This document shows, in pieces, positions 28,185-37,957 of a stretch of 64,000 bases of DNA (the first letter of the stretch is position 1; every line of letters starts with the position of its first letter). Under the pieces are notes generated by a model. That model saw nothing but the letters and a program-made list of their open reading frames with translations, did not search any database and had not been told where the DNA came from. The stretch covers positions 116,902-180,901 of the forward strand of contig JAFGAR010000064.1 of the NCBI GenBank assembly GCA_016933575.1, given 5' to 3'. This DNA comes from Candidatus Thorarchaeota archaeon. Its GTDB lineage: Archaea; Asgardarchaeota; Thorarchaeia; Thorarchaeales; Thorarchaeaceae. The position numbers and the translations under genes were made by a program.

Positions 28185-29444
28185 CTACATCTGAATGGGG
28201 AGAGTAATCTCAAAACAACATCCTTTTTTCGTTGATTGAATTAGATGAATTGTGCCCTTTTCTGATTCAATGATTCTCTTTGCTAGATAGAGACCTTGGC
28301 CTCTTCCTTTGGGTCCAGTAGAAACACCCTTGCCAAATATACATGACCGAATTTCCTCAGGAATGCCGAGCCCATCATCCGTAAATAAAATTCTGAGTTT
28401 ATCGCCTCTTGTTGATAACTCGATTGACACGGTCGGTGTATCTCCAGCATGCTGAGCTGTATTTCTTAGAAGGTTTTCAAAAACTAGGTTAATCAATTTA
28501 CCATATTTTGGAGGATTATCGAGAATAGACGGATCTACATTGATATTCACCTTCATTGTCTTGAACACAATCTGGGCACGTTCAGAAATGTCATATAGAA
28601 TTGTAACGATATTGGCCTCAGGCAGGTCCTCTTCGATACTGAATATCTGAATTAGACTCTTCATTCGCTCAGCTGCTGCCAGTGAAGATTCGATGAATGA
28701 AATACATTTCTCTCTCTCTTCCAATGTTAGTTGTGCCAATTCTAAACTGCCTAGGATCATCTGGACATCATTACCAAGATCATGTTGCAATAGGTCCGTA
28801 TAGATCTCCAACTCACGCTGTCTTGTTTCGATAGAACGTTTTGTCACTTGTAATCTATGTCGGTAATATTCATTGATCCAACCTGTTAACCATAGAAGTG
28901 TCTGAATTGCAAAAGAGGCTGCTATCAGTTCAATACTGTCTGCGATAGAAATCTCAGGATGTAGCCATGTCAAAATAGTGAGTCCACCACTCATCACAAA
29001 GACCAGAAAACCCACCTTTTCTTTGCTAAATAGTTGACTAGCAATCAATACTGCTATTACTGGCCATGTAAGCAATTGAAAAGCTAGACTTGGCCCCTCC
29101 CAATTCGTATGGAAACTAATAGTTAAGAATGGCAAAATCGCTGCGAGGAGTACTGTGAGTGTCGATGTGAGTTTTACGTGATTAGTTTTACTCAATAGAT
29201 ACAATCCAGCAAGAATGAATGTAGAACCAGAGTAGAAAGGGAGCTCGTGTATGACCTCACTTGTGATCTGTAGAATTGGGAAAATGATTAGTGCTGAAAA
29301 TAGACAGAATGATAGAAATCGAGCCTTTCTCCTATTTCCCTCATCAATAATGTTAGGATGTGGTTGAGTGATTCTCATGGGTATGCTGAATATGAGGCTA
29401 AGTATTCTCTTAGTTCTTGATTCGAACCCTTTGGACACTACCAC
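28185..29444 (-). CDS. Membrane sensor histidine kinase
   Basis: About 6 N-terminal TM segments; H-box LQHDLGND, N-box ENLLRNTAQH, DDGLGIP, GQGLYL. Confidence 0.9.
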   Translation of the reverse strand: MVVSKGFESRTKRILSLIFSIPMRITQPHPNIIDEGNRRKARFLSFCLFSALIIFPILQITSEVIHELPFYSGSTFILAGLYLLSKTNHVKLTSTLTVLLAAILPFLTISFHTNWEGPSLAFQLLTWPVIAVLIASQLFSKEKVGFLVFVMSGGLTILTWLHPEISIADSIELIAASFAIQTLLWLTGWINEYYRHRLQVTKRSIETRQRELEIYTDLLQHDLGNDVQMILGSLELAQLTLEEREKCISFIESSLAAAERMKSLIQIFSIEEDLPEANIVTILYDISERAQIVFKTMKVNINVDPSILDNPPKYGKLINLVFENLLRNTAQHAGDTPTVSIELSTRGDKLRILFTDDGLGIPEEIRSCIFGKGVSTGPKGRGQGLYLAKRIIESEKGTIHLIQSTKKGCCFEITLPIQM

Positions 29445-29650
29445 TCACACACACTCCAAGCCCTGAAGCCCTTTCCAAATTACTTTGATTATTGATACAT
29501 TACTAAGATTAGAAGCTTGCGATGGCTTGTACTATGTTAATTATGTAGTATGGGCTTAAAAACTATGATTTTATATCATCATCGATTAGTTTATAATATA
29601 GTATCATCACTAATTATGTTGTAATACCTTAGTAATAGGAGCTTAATATA
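29445..29650. promoter_or_regulatory. AT-rich divergent promoter region
   Basis: Very AT-rich intergenic with TATA-like TTTATAAT and TTTTATAT between divergent genes. Confidence 0.45.
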
Positions 29651-29956
29651 ATGAGCAATGAACGAATTCCCATGGTGTCATCTAGCGGTTCATCATGGGA
29701 GAAACTGGGAGGATCATTCAATAGCTCATCTTCATTGACCTTTATGGAAATTCGATTCAGGTCTCTAGGAAAAGCGCTTGATGAACTTAGAAATAAGAGG
29801 GTGCGTCTAGACGAAGATCTTCGAAAGGGACATTTGGATCAATCCGAATATGCCTCACAACTTCTGAACATCATCGTCGAAACGAACACACTAAACAAAG
29901 AACGTCGGGATGTTGGTGAGAAAGTCAAAGCTATAAAGACTAACACATTGAGATGA
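29651..29956 (+). CDS. Hypothetical small helical/coiled-coil protein
   Basis: AGGAG SD; Ser-rich N-terminus followed by heptad-like helices. Confidence 0.6.
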   Translation: MSNERIPMVSSSGSSWEKLGGSFNSSSSLTFMEIRFRSLGKALDELRNKRVRLDEDLRKGHLDQSEYASQLLNIIVETNTLNKERRDVGEKVKAIKTNTLR

Positions 29957-29961
29957 ATCCT

Positions 29962-30939
29962 CTAGTACAGATGGCAAGCAACTGATCGACCGTCTCCTAC
30001 ATCCTTCAGAACGGGTTCTTCAATAGAACATCTATCAAATGCCTTTGGACATCTTGGATGGAATCTGCAACCATTCGGTGGATTGATGGGACTGGGTATC
30101 TCTCCTCTGGGTACCGCCTCTGTCTTCTTTATAGCAGGATTCGGTATTGGTATTGCGCTCATAAGTCCAACTGAATACGGATGCAATGGGTCTTCATAGA
30201 TACTATCTCTATCCGCAACCTCAATTATCTGCCCTAAATACATGATGGCAATCCTATCACATACATGACGAGCTGTGGCAAGGTCGTGGCTAATAAACAA
30301 ATAAGTGAGATTCAGTTCTTTCTTCAAATCTGTCATAAGATTGAGAATCTGTGCTTTTATTGATACATCTACCATTGCAACTGGTTCATCCGTTACAACA
30401 AATTCTGGCTTGAGAATAATGGCTCTCCCAAACACAACTCTCTGTTTCTGCCCACCACTGAGCTGATGAGGCAATCGATCATAAAATGAGCTTGCTGGCG
30501 AAAGACCTACTATTTCTAATGTTTCTTCAGACTGCTCCCGTCTCTCTTCTTTAGTACCGATTCCTTGAAGTCGTAGAGCATCAGCAATTGCATCTCCAAT
30601 CTTCATCCTAGGGTTTAATGAAGAGGTTGGATCTTGGAATGTGAATTGAAGCCGTCTTCTGAGTAATCGAAGTTCTTTCCCTCCAAGTGATGCAATATCT
30701 TCTCCATCGTAGATTATTTCTCCTTCAGTAGGTTTTAGGAGTCTGACTGCCATTCTTCCAGTTGTTGTTTTTCCAGACCCACTCTCACCTGCAAGTCCTA
30801 ATACTTCTCCTTTCTCGATAGTGAAAGAGATATCATCTACTGCCTTAACATAACTTTCCTCTCTTGAGAAAAGTGAATCGATGAATCCTTTCTGGACTGG
30901 AAAATACTTCTTTACCTTTCTAAATTCTATTAGAGCCAT
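29962..30939 (-). CDS. oppF: Oligopeptide ABC ATP-binding protein (operon 2)
   Basis: GESGSGKT, LSGGQKQR, TDEP, ISHDL, GCRFHPRC. Confidence 0.92.
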   Translation of the reverse strand: MALIEFRKVKKYFPVQKGFIDSLFSREESYVKAVDDISFTIEKGEVLGLAGESGSGKTTTGRMAVRLLKPTEGEIIYDGEDIASLGGKELRLLRRRLQFTFQDPTSSLNPRMKIGDAIADALRLQGIGTKEERREQSEETLEIVGLSPASSFYDRLPHQLSGGQKQRVVFGRAIILKPEFVVTDEPVAMVDVSIKAQILNLMTDLKKELNLTYLFISHDLATARHVCDRIAIMYLGQIIEVADRDSIYEDPLHPYSVGLMSAIPIPNPAIKKTEAVPRGEIPSPINPPNGCRFHPRCPKAFDRCSIEEPVLKDVGDGRSVACHLY

Positions 30940-30942
30940 TTT

Positions 30943-31965
30943 TCATTCTCCTGGGTAGAGATGACATGCTACGAGTCGTCCGTCTTGCACTTTTACAAGT
31001 GGAGGTACATCTGTCCTGCATATCTCCATTGCATGGGGGCATCTTGGATTATACATGCAGCCTGGAATGGGATTGACTAGATCGGGAGGAGCTCCTGGGA
31101 TCCATTGAAGCTGTTTTTCTGGTTGCGTCACATCCGGGACTGATTGCAGGAGTGCTTGAGCGTATGGATGCAACGGCTCTTCGAATAAATCAATAGCTGA
31201 TGACAATTCCATCACTCTACTTGTATACATAATAGCGATATTATCAGCTGTTTGAGCGAGTACACCTAAATTATGAGTAATCAGAATCATCGTGAGGTTG
31301 TATTCTTCCTTAAGTGCAGCTATTTCCTCCAGTATTTGCGCTTCTACAATTACATCAAGAGATGTTGTTGGTTCATCAGCAATCAATAATTTGGGTTTTA
31401 GAGCCAATCCTAGTCCTATCATGACTCGTTGTCTCATACCTCCACTAAACTGATGTGGATAATCCGATACTCTTTCAGGGCTGATTCCGAGGCTTTGAAG
31501 AATGCCTTTTGCAGTCATGATTGCTTCTTCTTCTTCAATTAAAGGATCATGAGCCTTCATAATCTCAATGAAGTGTGTGCCAATTGTTATCATTGGATTT
31601 AGTGATGTCATCGGGTCTTGAAAGATATATGCTATCTCTTTTCCCCTGAGAGCCCTCATCTGTGGTTCATCGAGTTCCATTATGTTAACTAGACCTGAAT
31701 CAACTCTTGTATGCTTAGTGATAATATCTTCTTTCACATGAAAGAGGATGTCACCATTGATAATCTCCCCCGGATATGGAACAAGTCTCATAATTGCTCT
31801 TCCAAGTGTGCTCTTACCACAACCACTTTCACCAGCAAGTCCAAGAGTCTTGTTCTCGGGAAGATTAAGGAATACAGAATCGACACCTCTTGCAACTCCT
31901 CTTCTTGTTCTATATTCCACTGATAGGTCTCGAATCTCAAGAAGGTTTGATCCATTCTCCATCAT
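30943..31965 (-). CDS. oppD: Oligopeptide ABC ATP-binding protein (operon 2)
   Basis: GESGCGKS, YPHQFSGGMRQR, ADEPTT, ITHNL. Confidence 0.92.
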   Translation of the reverse strand: MMENGSNLLEIRDLSVEYRTRRGVARGVDSVFLNLPENKTLGLAGESGCGKSTLGRAIMRLVPYPGEIINGDILFHVKEDIITKHTRVDSGLVNIMELDEPQMRALRGKEIAYIFQDPMTSLNPMITIGTHFIEIMKAHDPLIEEEEAIMTAKGILQSLGISPERVSDYPHQFSGGMRQRVMIGLGLALKPKLLIADEPTTSLDVIVEAQILEEIAALKEEYNLTMILITHNLGVLAQTADNIAIMYTSRVMELSSAIDLFEEPLHPYAQALLQSVPDVTQPEKQLQWIPGAPPDLVNPIPGCMYNPRCPHAMEICRTDVPPLVKVQDGRLVACHLYPGE

Positions 31966-31971
31966 CGTTTT

Positions 31972-33249
31972 TCACTCCTTGAGTTTTGGTGTTAGCACTT
32001 CATTTAGACCCTCTCCTGCTAATGTAAAACCAAGAGCCAAAATGACTATCATCAGACCTGGAAACGTGATACTCCACCACTTCCCAGCTATGTACTCGTG
32101 AGAACCAAAGGTTAGATCCCAACCCCAATCTGGAACATCAACTGGTAAGCCAAGGCCAACAAATGTCAGTCCTGCTGCTGTTAGAACAGCATCTGCAAAA
32201 TTGATGGACAAGACTACAACAGCAGATGGTAGAATATTCGGAAGGATGTAGCGGAAGATGATATCCCTATCTCTTGCCCCTAAGGCAACTGCTGCCTCGA
32301 CATAGGCTAACTCCTTTACAGTGAGAACTTGACTTCTAACTACTCTGAAGTATGATGGAATGTATACGACAGCAATAGCTAGAGCCATATTTGTCACTCC
32401 TGGACCAAGCATTGCAGCAATAGCGATAGCCAGAACCAAACCTGGAAATGCAAAGATACTATCCATTACGAGAGATGCTCCTCTGTCGACAAGCCCTCCT
32501 CTATACGAAGCCGCTAAGCCTGCAGGTACACCAATTGAAAAACATACGACCACTGAGAGCATTGCGACTTGGAGCATTATTCCTCCACCTGCGATTACTC
32601 TACTTAATAGGTCCTGACCAAGAGCTGTTGTGCCTAATGGAAATCCTTCTTGAGGCGGTGCACCATAAGGTCCTACATCAAGTCTTGTAGGATCGTATGG
32701 TACAATCCACCATGAGATTGCAGTCATGTAAACTACAGCAAATACAATTAGTAATCCTGACATTGCAATAAATCCTGGAGATCCTCTCTCGCTAAGTATT
32801 GGATAACCTTCGTACAGGAGAAGTACAATTAATGAGAGCACGATACCTCCTAATGATAAGGCAGAGGAAAGGCTTGTAGCTTGTTCAAAATTACTGAATG
32901 TTAAGATACCTACAGCAAAAGAAATTGCTGCCATTATCACAAAGATGATGATGAGGAAAGCATTGCTACGATTGACCGTCATCGTTCCTTCTTTGAGTTT
33001 CAATCTACGAAATGAACTTGCAAGAAGGATAATGAATCCAAAAAGAAAAGTGTAGGCAACTACCTGGAGCCCTATACCAGAATTCGAACTTGCTGCAAGA
33101 AGAACAAGCCCTCCCAGAACTATTGCTAATGTTGCGAGAATGATAATGAAAATAATCCACCATTTTGTTGAACGGGCTTCGAAAGTCTCTCTAGGTGGTT
33201 TAAGCTGAATGAATACGCCACTGATTATTTTTCTTTGAGTCATATTCAT
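31972..33249 (-). CDS. oppC: Oligopeptide ABC permease with N-terminal TM extension (operon 2)
   Basis: PLGTTALGQDLLSR, YVEAAVALGA, WWSITFPG. Confidence 0.9.
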   Translation of the reverse strand: MNMTQRKIISGVFIQLKPPRETFEARSTKWWIIFIIILATLAIVLGGLVLLAASSNSGIGLQVVAYTFLFGFIILLASSFRRLKLKEGTMTVNRSNAFLIIIFVIMAAISFAVGILTFSNFEQATSLSSALSLGGIVLSLIVLLLYEGYPILSERGSPGFIAMSGLLIVFAVVYMTAISWWIVPYDPTRLDVGPYGAPPQEGFPLGTTALGQDLLSRVIAGGGIMLQVAMLSVVVCFSIGVPAGLAASYRGGLVDRGASLVMDSIFAFPGLVLAIAIAAMLGPGVTNMALAIAVVYIPSYFRVVRSQVLTVKELAYVEAAVALGARDRDIIFRYILPNILPSAVVVLSINFADAVLTAAGLTFVGLGLPVDVPDWGWDLTFGSHEYIAGKWWSITFPGLMIVILALGFTLAGEGLNEVLTPKLKE

Positions 33250-33254
33250 TCACC

Positions 33255-34274
33255 TCATAGTCTAATTCTTGGATCTAGCCATGCATACAGAATATCAACA
33301 AAAAGTGTTACAAGACTGACTAATATTCCAAAGAAGACGACAACTCCTTGAATAGCAGTATAATCCCTATGGTCAATTCTTTGAACAAGGTAGGTACCAA
33401 GACCTGGCCAACTGAATGTGGTTTCTGTTAGAATTGCGCCTGCTAATAAAGCGGCAAATTGGAGACCAATCATCGTTAAAACGGGGAGGAATGCATTCTT
33501 CAGAGCATAACCATATGTGATTTTGCCGCTTGATAGTCCTCTTGCTTCTCCAGCCACGACGAAGTCCATTCTGAGAGTTTCAAGCATGTTTGTGCGTGTT
33601 AATCTAATGAAGATACCACAGAGAATCAGACCTAGGGTTATTGAAGGCAGTATGAGATAGCGTATTGCGATGAAAAATGCTCCAATATTTCCGGTCAGAA
33701 GACTGTCAATAGTATATAGTCCAGTTATTGTGGCTGGTGGATCATAGTGTGGGTCATAACGTGTTCCAGTTGGAAACAAACCCAACCAGATTGAAAATAT
33801 GAATTGTAAAATCATCCCTAAGAAGAATACTGGAATTGCATAAGTCACAATTCCAAAGAACCTAATTCCGTGATCTTGAACTGTATCATATTTCTTTGAC
33901 GCTCTCACTCCGAGTGCGACTCCAAATAGTACTGCAAATAGCATTGCGTATATAGTTAGTTCAAGTGTTGCTGGAAATCTTACAGCTATGTGTCCACTTA
34001 TTGGTGAGTAATCTTGCATGGACAGTCCAAAATCTCCAAATGGAATTCCTGCAAGATAAGTAACATATTGGGTTAGAGGATCCACATCAAGGCCTAAGGT
34101 ATGTCTGAATTCTTCAAGAACTTCTGGATCAACAGCTTTCTCAAAATGAAGGAGTGCTGGATCTCCTGGTAGAATTCGTACAATCAGGAAAACAAATGTG
34201 AAGAGTAGAATAATCATTGGAATGGTCAGAAGAATCCGACTTGTCACATACGATTTTAGTGTCAGCCCAATCAC
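33255..34274 (-). CDS. oppB: Oligopeptide ABC permease (operon 2)
   Basis: LPGDPA, FPATLEL, TETTFSWPGLG, RDYTAIQG, LDPRIR. Confidence 0.92.
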   Translation of the reverse strand: MIGLTLKSYVTSRILLTIPMIILLFTFVFLIVRILPGDPALLHFEKAVDPEVLEEFRHTLGLDVDPLTQYVTYLAGIPFGDFGLSMQDYSPISGHIAVRFPATLELTIYAMLFAVLFGVALGVRASKKYDTVQDHGIRFFGIVTYAIPVFFLGMILQFIFSIWLGLFPTGTRYDPHYDPPATITGLYTIDSLLTGNIGAFFIAIRYLILPSITLGLILCGIFIRLTRTNMLETLRMDFVVAGEARGLSSGKITYGYALKNAFLPVLTMIGLQFAALLAGAILTETTFSWPGLGTYLVQRIDHRDYTAIQGVVVFFGILVSLVTLFVDILYAWLDPRIRL

Positions 34275-34384
34275 CTACACGACTTAAGATGGTTGCAGGA
34301 TTCCGAGAATTATACAGTAACTTAAGCTCTTCGACTGACGTAAATTGCTCAGAAATGAACTATACAGGATAATATTATACTTCT

Positions 34385-34415
34385 AAAAAAAAGGAGCGCA
34401 GGCAATTCTGCCTGC
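34385..34415 (-). terminator. Hairpin plus U8 tract after oppA (operon 2)
   Basis: GCAGGCA-ATTC-TGCCTGC with an A8 run on its left, i.e. T8 on the minus strand. Confidence 0.7.
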
Positions 34416-34445
34416 TTTATTCGTTTTATTCCAATACTCTGGTCA

Positions 34446-36083
34446 TTATGCTTCTATGTACAATAACCAATGACGCCAGTTGACTGTAATATCAAGGACT
34501 ACGCCCTTAATATGGAGACCAGTAACTGCTACAGTGTTACTTTGCCATAGAGGTACTACAGAACACTCCAGTGCCTGTAAGTCTTGTAGGTCTTCATAGG
34601 CTGCCTGTCGCAGGGGGTCGGTTGTAGCGCTGCGACCTGCTACCCATAGGTCATATTGGTCAATACCACCTTGTGGATATGTACTGTTGTAGCCTAGATT
34701 CAGCCAAGAGGCAAAAGGCAAGAATCCGTAGTTATCAGGATCGATAAAGTCTGGATACCATCCATAGAGGAAGACATCCATTGTTCCATCGTTCCTTGCG
34801 AGTCTGTAGCTTGGCCAATCAAGACCTGTAAGAGTGACATCAATGACTCCACTGTCTTCCCAGTCTTGTTGATAGACAAGTGCCTGTTGCTGACTCTGTG
34901 GATAGTGACCTGAGCTCTCATAATAGAGGTGTAGTGGTAATTTGTGCGTTGTGTTGTACCCAAATGGTGCCAGAAGTGCTACGACCTTCGTGTAGTTAGC
35001 ATCACCCCAGATATTGAATGCCTCTGTATGATAAGCCATTCCTTCAGGTATCATACTGTATAGTGGTTCAAATGTTCCAAGAAAGACTGACTCAACGACG
35101 TGTGTTCTGTTGATACCTGCAGTGACTGCTTGCCTCACTTCTGTTTCATTATATGGATAGATATTCTGTTGGAAACAGAGGTACTGAATCTGTGCACCAA
35201 TACCTTCCCAGACTTTGACATTTGTGTTTGTCTTGAAAGTATTGATCTGTTCTGCAGTCAGTTGTCTGTAAGCAACATCGATTTCACCTGATGTCATTGC
35301 TGATGCCAGTGCAGTATCACTAGCATACATCTTGATGATGATTTTATCCGTCTTTGGATATCCTGCCGCAGCATTCCAATAGTTTGGATTCTTCACCAGT
35401 GTGATATGGTCATCGCTTCCACCTATTCTAACCCATTCTTCAAGTAGATAGGGTCCTAGACCACAAGGAGTCTGACCCGCATCATCATATCCAACAAGTT
35501 CATCCATAGGTGCAACAGCCCTATCTACAATGTAAGAAGCTGCGCATGACATGAGTTGTAGGAATGGTGCAAATGCAATCTTCAAGTAGAACCGAACAAC
35601 GAACTCACTCATGACTGTGACGTTGTCAATAATTGCATCATATTCCATATTGAGTTGAGGGCCATCTCCCTCGAAGAGACCTACTCCTGTTAGATTACAA
35701 TTCCTATCAAATGAATATTTGACATCGGTAGCATTGAATTCTCGACCATCTGGGTAGGTCACATTTTGTCTCAAGGTGAAATCCCAAATCGTACCCCCTG
35801 CTGATGCCTCCCATTCGGTAGCCAATGCAGGTTGTATATCATCCGCCCCGGCCTCTGACCCGGGTTCTATTTCCACCAAGCCTGAACTCAGTGAAATTAT
35901 CATCTCCCATCCAAAGTAGTCATATGCCTGAGCCATATCTATGCTAGATTCAACAGAATCCGTAGTGCCGACTACAATGGTGGGCACACCTGGACCCGGT
36001 GGGAACATAACTAGATATACGCCGGCGGCGCCGACTACAATGATGGCGATGACAGCTATCGCGATAACTTGATTTCGCTCCAT
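34446..36083 (-). CDS. oppA: Oligopeptide ABC substrate-binding protein with N-terminal membrane anchor
   Basis: PALATEW, FTLRQNVTYPDGREFNATDVKYS, GLGPY, VRQAVTAGINR, GWYPDFIDP. Confidence 0.92.
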   Translation of the reverse strand: MERNQVIAIAVIAIIVVGAAGVYLVMFPPGPGVPTIVVGTTDSVESSIDMAQAYDYFGWEMIISLSSGLVEIEPGSEAGADDIQPALATEWEASAGGTIWDFTLRQNVTYPDGREFNATDVKYSFDRNCNLTGVGLFEGDGPQLNMEYDAIIDNVTVMSEFVVRFYLKIAFAPFLQLMSCAASYIVDRAVAPMDELVGYDDAGQTPCGLGPYLLEEWVRIGGSDDHITLVKNPNYWNAAAGYPKTDKIIIKMYASDTALASAMTSGEIDVAYRQLTAEQINTFKTNTNVKVWEGIGAQIQYLCFQQNIYPYNETEVRQAVTAGINRTHVVESVFLGTFEPLYSMIPEGMAYHTEAFNIWGDANYTKVVALLAPFGYNTTHKLPLHLYYESSGHYPQSQQQALVYQQDWEDSGVIDVTLTGLDWPSYRLARNDGTMDVFLYGWYPDFIDPDNYGFLPFASWLNLGYNSTYPQGGIDQYDLWVAGRSATTDPLRQAAYEDLQDLQALECSVVPLWQSNTVAVTGLHIKGVVLDITVNWRHWLLYIEA

Positions 36084-36213
36084 CGTATATTTTCCTCCTC
36101 TCCGACCAAGCGAATTAGACGCTAGTGGAAGAGCACTCTAATAATACATTACCAGCTATATAAACTAGAACTTCTACGTGAATGATGCCATTGTTATCAG
36201 AACTATTGACTAG

Positions 36214-36247
36214 AAAAAAAAAAGACTATGGGTCATAACCCATAGTC
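36214..36247 (-). terminator. Intrinsic-type terminator (10-bp hairpin + U10) after the protease gene
   Basis: GACTATGGGT-CATA-ACCCATAGTC preceded by A10 on the plus strand. Confidence 0.8.
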
Positions 36248-36270
36248 AGCAGCTATCTCTACTATCTCAT

Positions 36271-37680
36271 TCACGCAAAGAAACTGTATGAACACTGATT
36301 ACAGACTTTTGGATTCTGTACATATGTACCAGTGGTTGGTAACTGCCCCTTGGCATAGAGGTATGCATTATATGCGGAATACCCCGATGAAACCGCGTTG
36401 AAGAAGTAGTTAGCAAACCTCTCTTCACCAGGTAGTGCACCTACAGACCAAGAGCTGTGAGACTCATCAGATGAAGATGCAGCAAAATAGCCTCCACCTA
36501 ACATGTCATCTGCCCAATCTCCCGAGTAGCAGGAGGAAATAACCAATCCCACCTTTGAACTATCTAAGGTGTCGCAGTATGACCTGAAAGTGTTTGAATA
36601 GACGACGCTATAACCACCTGTTCTAAAAGCTGTTAGAGAGTGCGAGCCATCGTTGTTTCCATGACCGAATAGGTAGAAGAACACAATATCGTCAGAGTCT
36701 TCGTACGAAGCAACTTGTTGAAAGTCACTGTAGAAGTTTGTTGTATCTCTAAATTCAAAGAATTTTGTGTAGCCTTCATTTTGTAACACTGTTTTGTATT
36801 CATTGATCACCGTTTGAGTGCCAGCATCACTAGCCCAGAAGAAAACACCGATCTTCTCAGCTTCGCCGCCACCTCCACCACCATAAGTGATGGTCACAGT
36901 GAGAGCATAGGAGCCAGAACCACTGTATGAACGGACCATGATGTACCATGTTCCTGCTCCGGGTGAACTGAAGGAAACCTCTTCACCACCACTGGTGTAT
37001 CCTCTCCAGTCATAGGTGGAAGTTGTAGGTGCTGCACCTAGTCTTCCGTAGAGATCAAAATCTGCGGAACCGCAAGTTAGGACTGAATACATGTTTGTAG
37101 CATCAGCTGCGACTTGGATTGTCCACATCTCTGTGGCACCGGTAGCAGATAATGAGCTCGTTGCTGTGACACCATTCTGTAGAACATTATCACCACCACC
37201 GCCACCACCACCTTCATACTCGATTTGGTCAATGGCAAAGCCCCAATCTGTCACCGAATAATCGGTGTCAAGTCTGACCTTGATTGTTTCACCATAGCTC
37301 CAAGCACTCCATCCACCAGATGAGTAGAGCCCAGACAGTTTGTGAAGTTGTGCATTGGCATAGTTATAGACATATACAAAATCATAGTTCCTCTCAGTAT
37401 CTATCTTGGTGAAATGGACTCTGATCTGAGTGGCACCTGACTTTGTTATGGTCCAGGTATAGTCGAAGTTATTGGTGTATGGATGAGCTGACTGAACAAC
37501 ATAGCTTTCTGTAGTGAACGCATCAATTCCAAACATAGTACTTTGTTCATTCCAAGTATCCAATGCTAGGTTCGTCGAACCTGTATCCATTGCAGATACC
37601 GGCATGACCCCAATGACTGAGACGGTCATTGCTAGCATTGATAATAGAATGAGTATAGAGAGTGTTCTCACTCGTTTCAT
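36271..37680 (-). CDS. Secreted CUB-like + PPC + clan CD (caspase/legumain-fold) cysteine peptidase
   Basis: Signal peptide; QSAHPYTNN...W...FTKIDTERNYDFV (CUB-like); ADFDLYGR...GTWYIMV (PPC); IVFFYLFGHG and ISSCYSG (His-Gly/Cys dyad); poly-Gly linkers. Confidence 0.75.
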   Translation of the reverse strand: MKRVRTLSILILLSMLAMTVSVIGVMPVSAMDTGSTNLALDTWNEQSTMFGIDAFTTESYVVQSAHPYTNNFDYTWTITKSGATQIRVHFTKIDTERNYDFVYVYNYANAQLHKLSGLYSSGGWSAWSYGETIKVRLDTDYSVTDWGFAIDQIEYEGGGGGGGDNVLQNGVTATSSLSATGATEMWTIQVAADATNMYSVLTCGSADFDLYGRLGAAPTTSTYDWRGYTSGGEEVSFSSPGAGTWYIMVRSYSGSGSYALTVTITYGGGGGGEAEKIGVFFWASDAGTQTVINEYKTVLQNEGYTKFFEFRDTTNFYSDFQQVASYEDSDDIVFFYLFGHGNNDGSHSLTAFRTGGYSVVYSNTFRSYCDTLDSSKVGLVISSCYSGDWADDMLGGGYFAASSSDESHSSWSVGALPGEERFANYFFNAVSSGYSAYNAYLYAKGQLPTTGTYVQNPKVCNQCSYSFFA

Positions 37681-37890
37681 ATTTCTTTCCCCACACGAAC
37701 CAACTTTCCCTTGATTCGGTAGTGGTAAAAAAGTAAAAGCTACATTTATATATTATTATATTTTTTACCAGACCCCTCAGAAGATATGCTCGTGGGATTC
37801 TTGAACAAGCTGAACCATTTTCGGGCAAGTGATTGTGTCTTCTTCTCAAACATATGGACTACATACTAAATTCAGATACAGCTGGAATAT

Positions 37891-37921
37891 AGTAGAGGGG
37901 TACTATTGTTTCCCCTCTACT
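37891..37921 (-). terminator. Hairpin downstream of the giant gene; a second hairpin lies at about 37931-37958
   Basis: AGTAGAGGGG...CCCCTCTACT perfect 10-bp stem; GGTTGGTTG/CAACCAGCC stem on the minus strand. Confidence 0.65.
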
Positions 37922-37957
37922 TCTGACCTAGGCTGGTTGAGTTTAGCAGCAACCAAC

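Noticed and set aside
36860-37215. (CCA/CCG)n microsatellite-like tracts
   Set aside because: They encode poly-Gly interdomain linkers; triplet units cannot cause phase variation.
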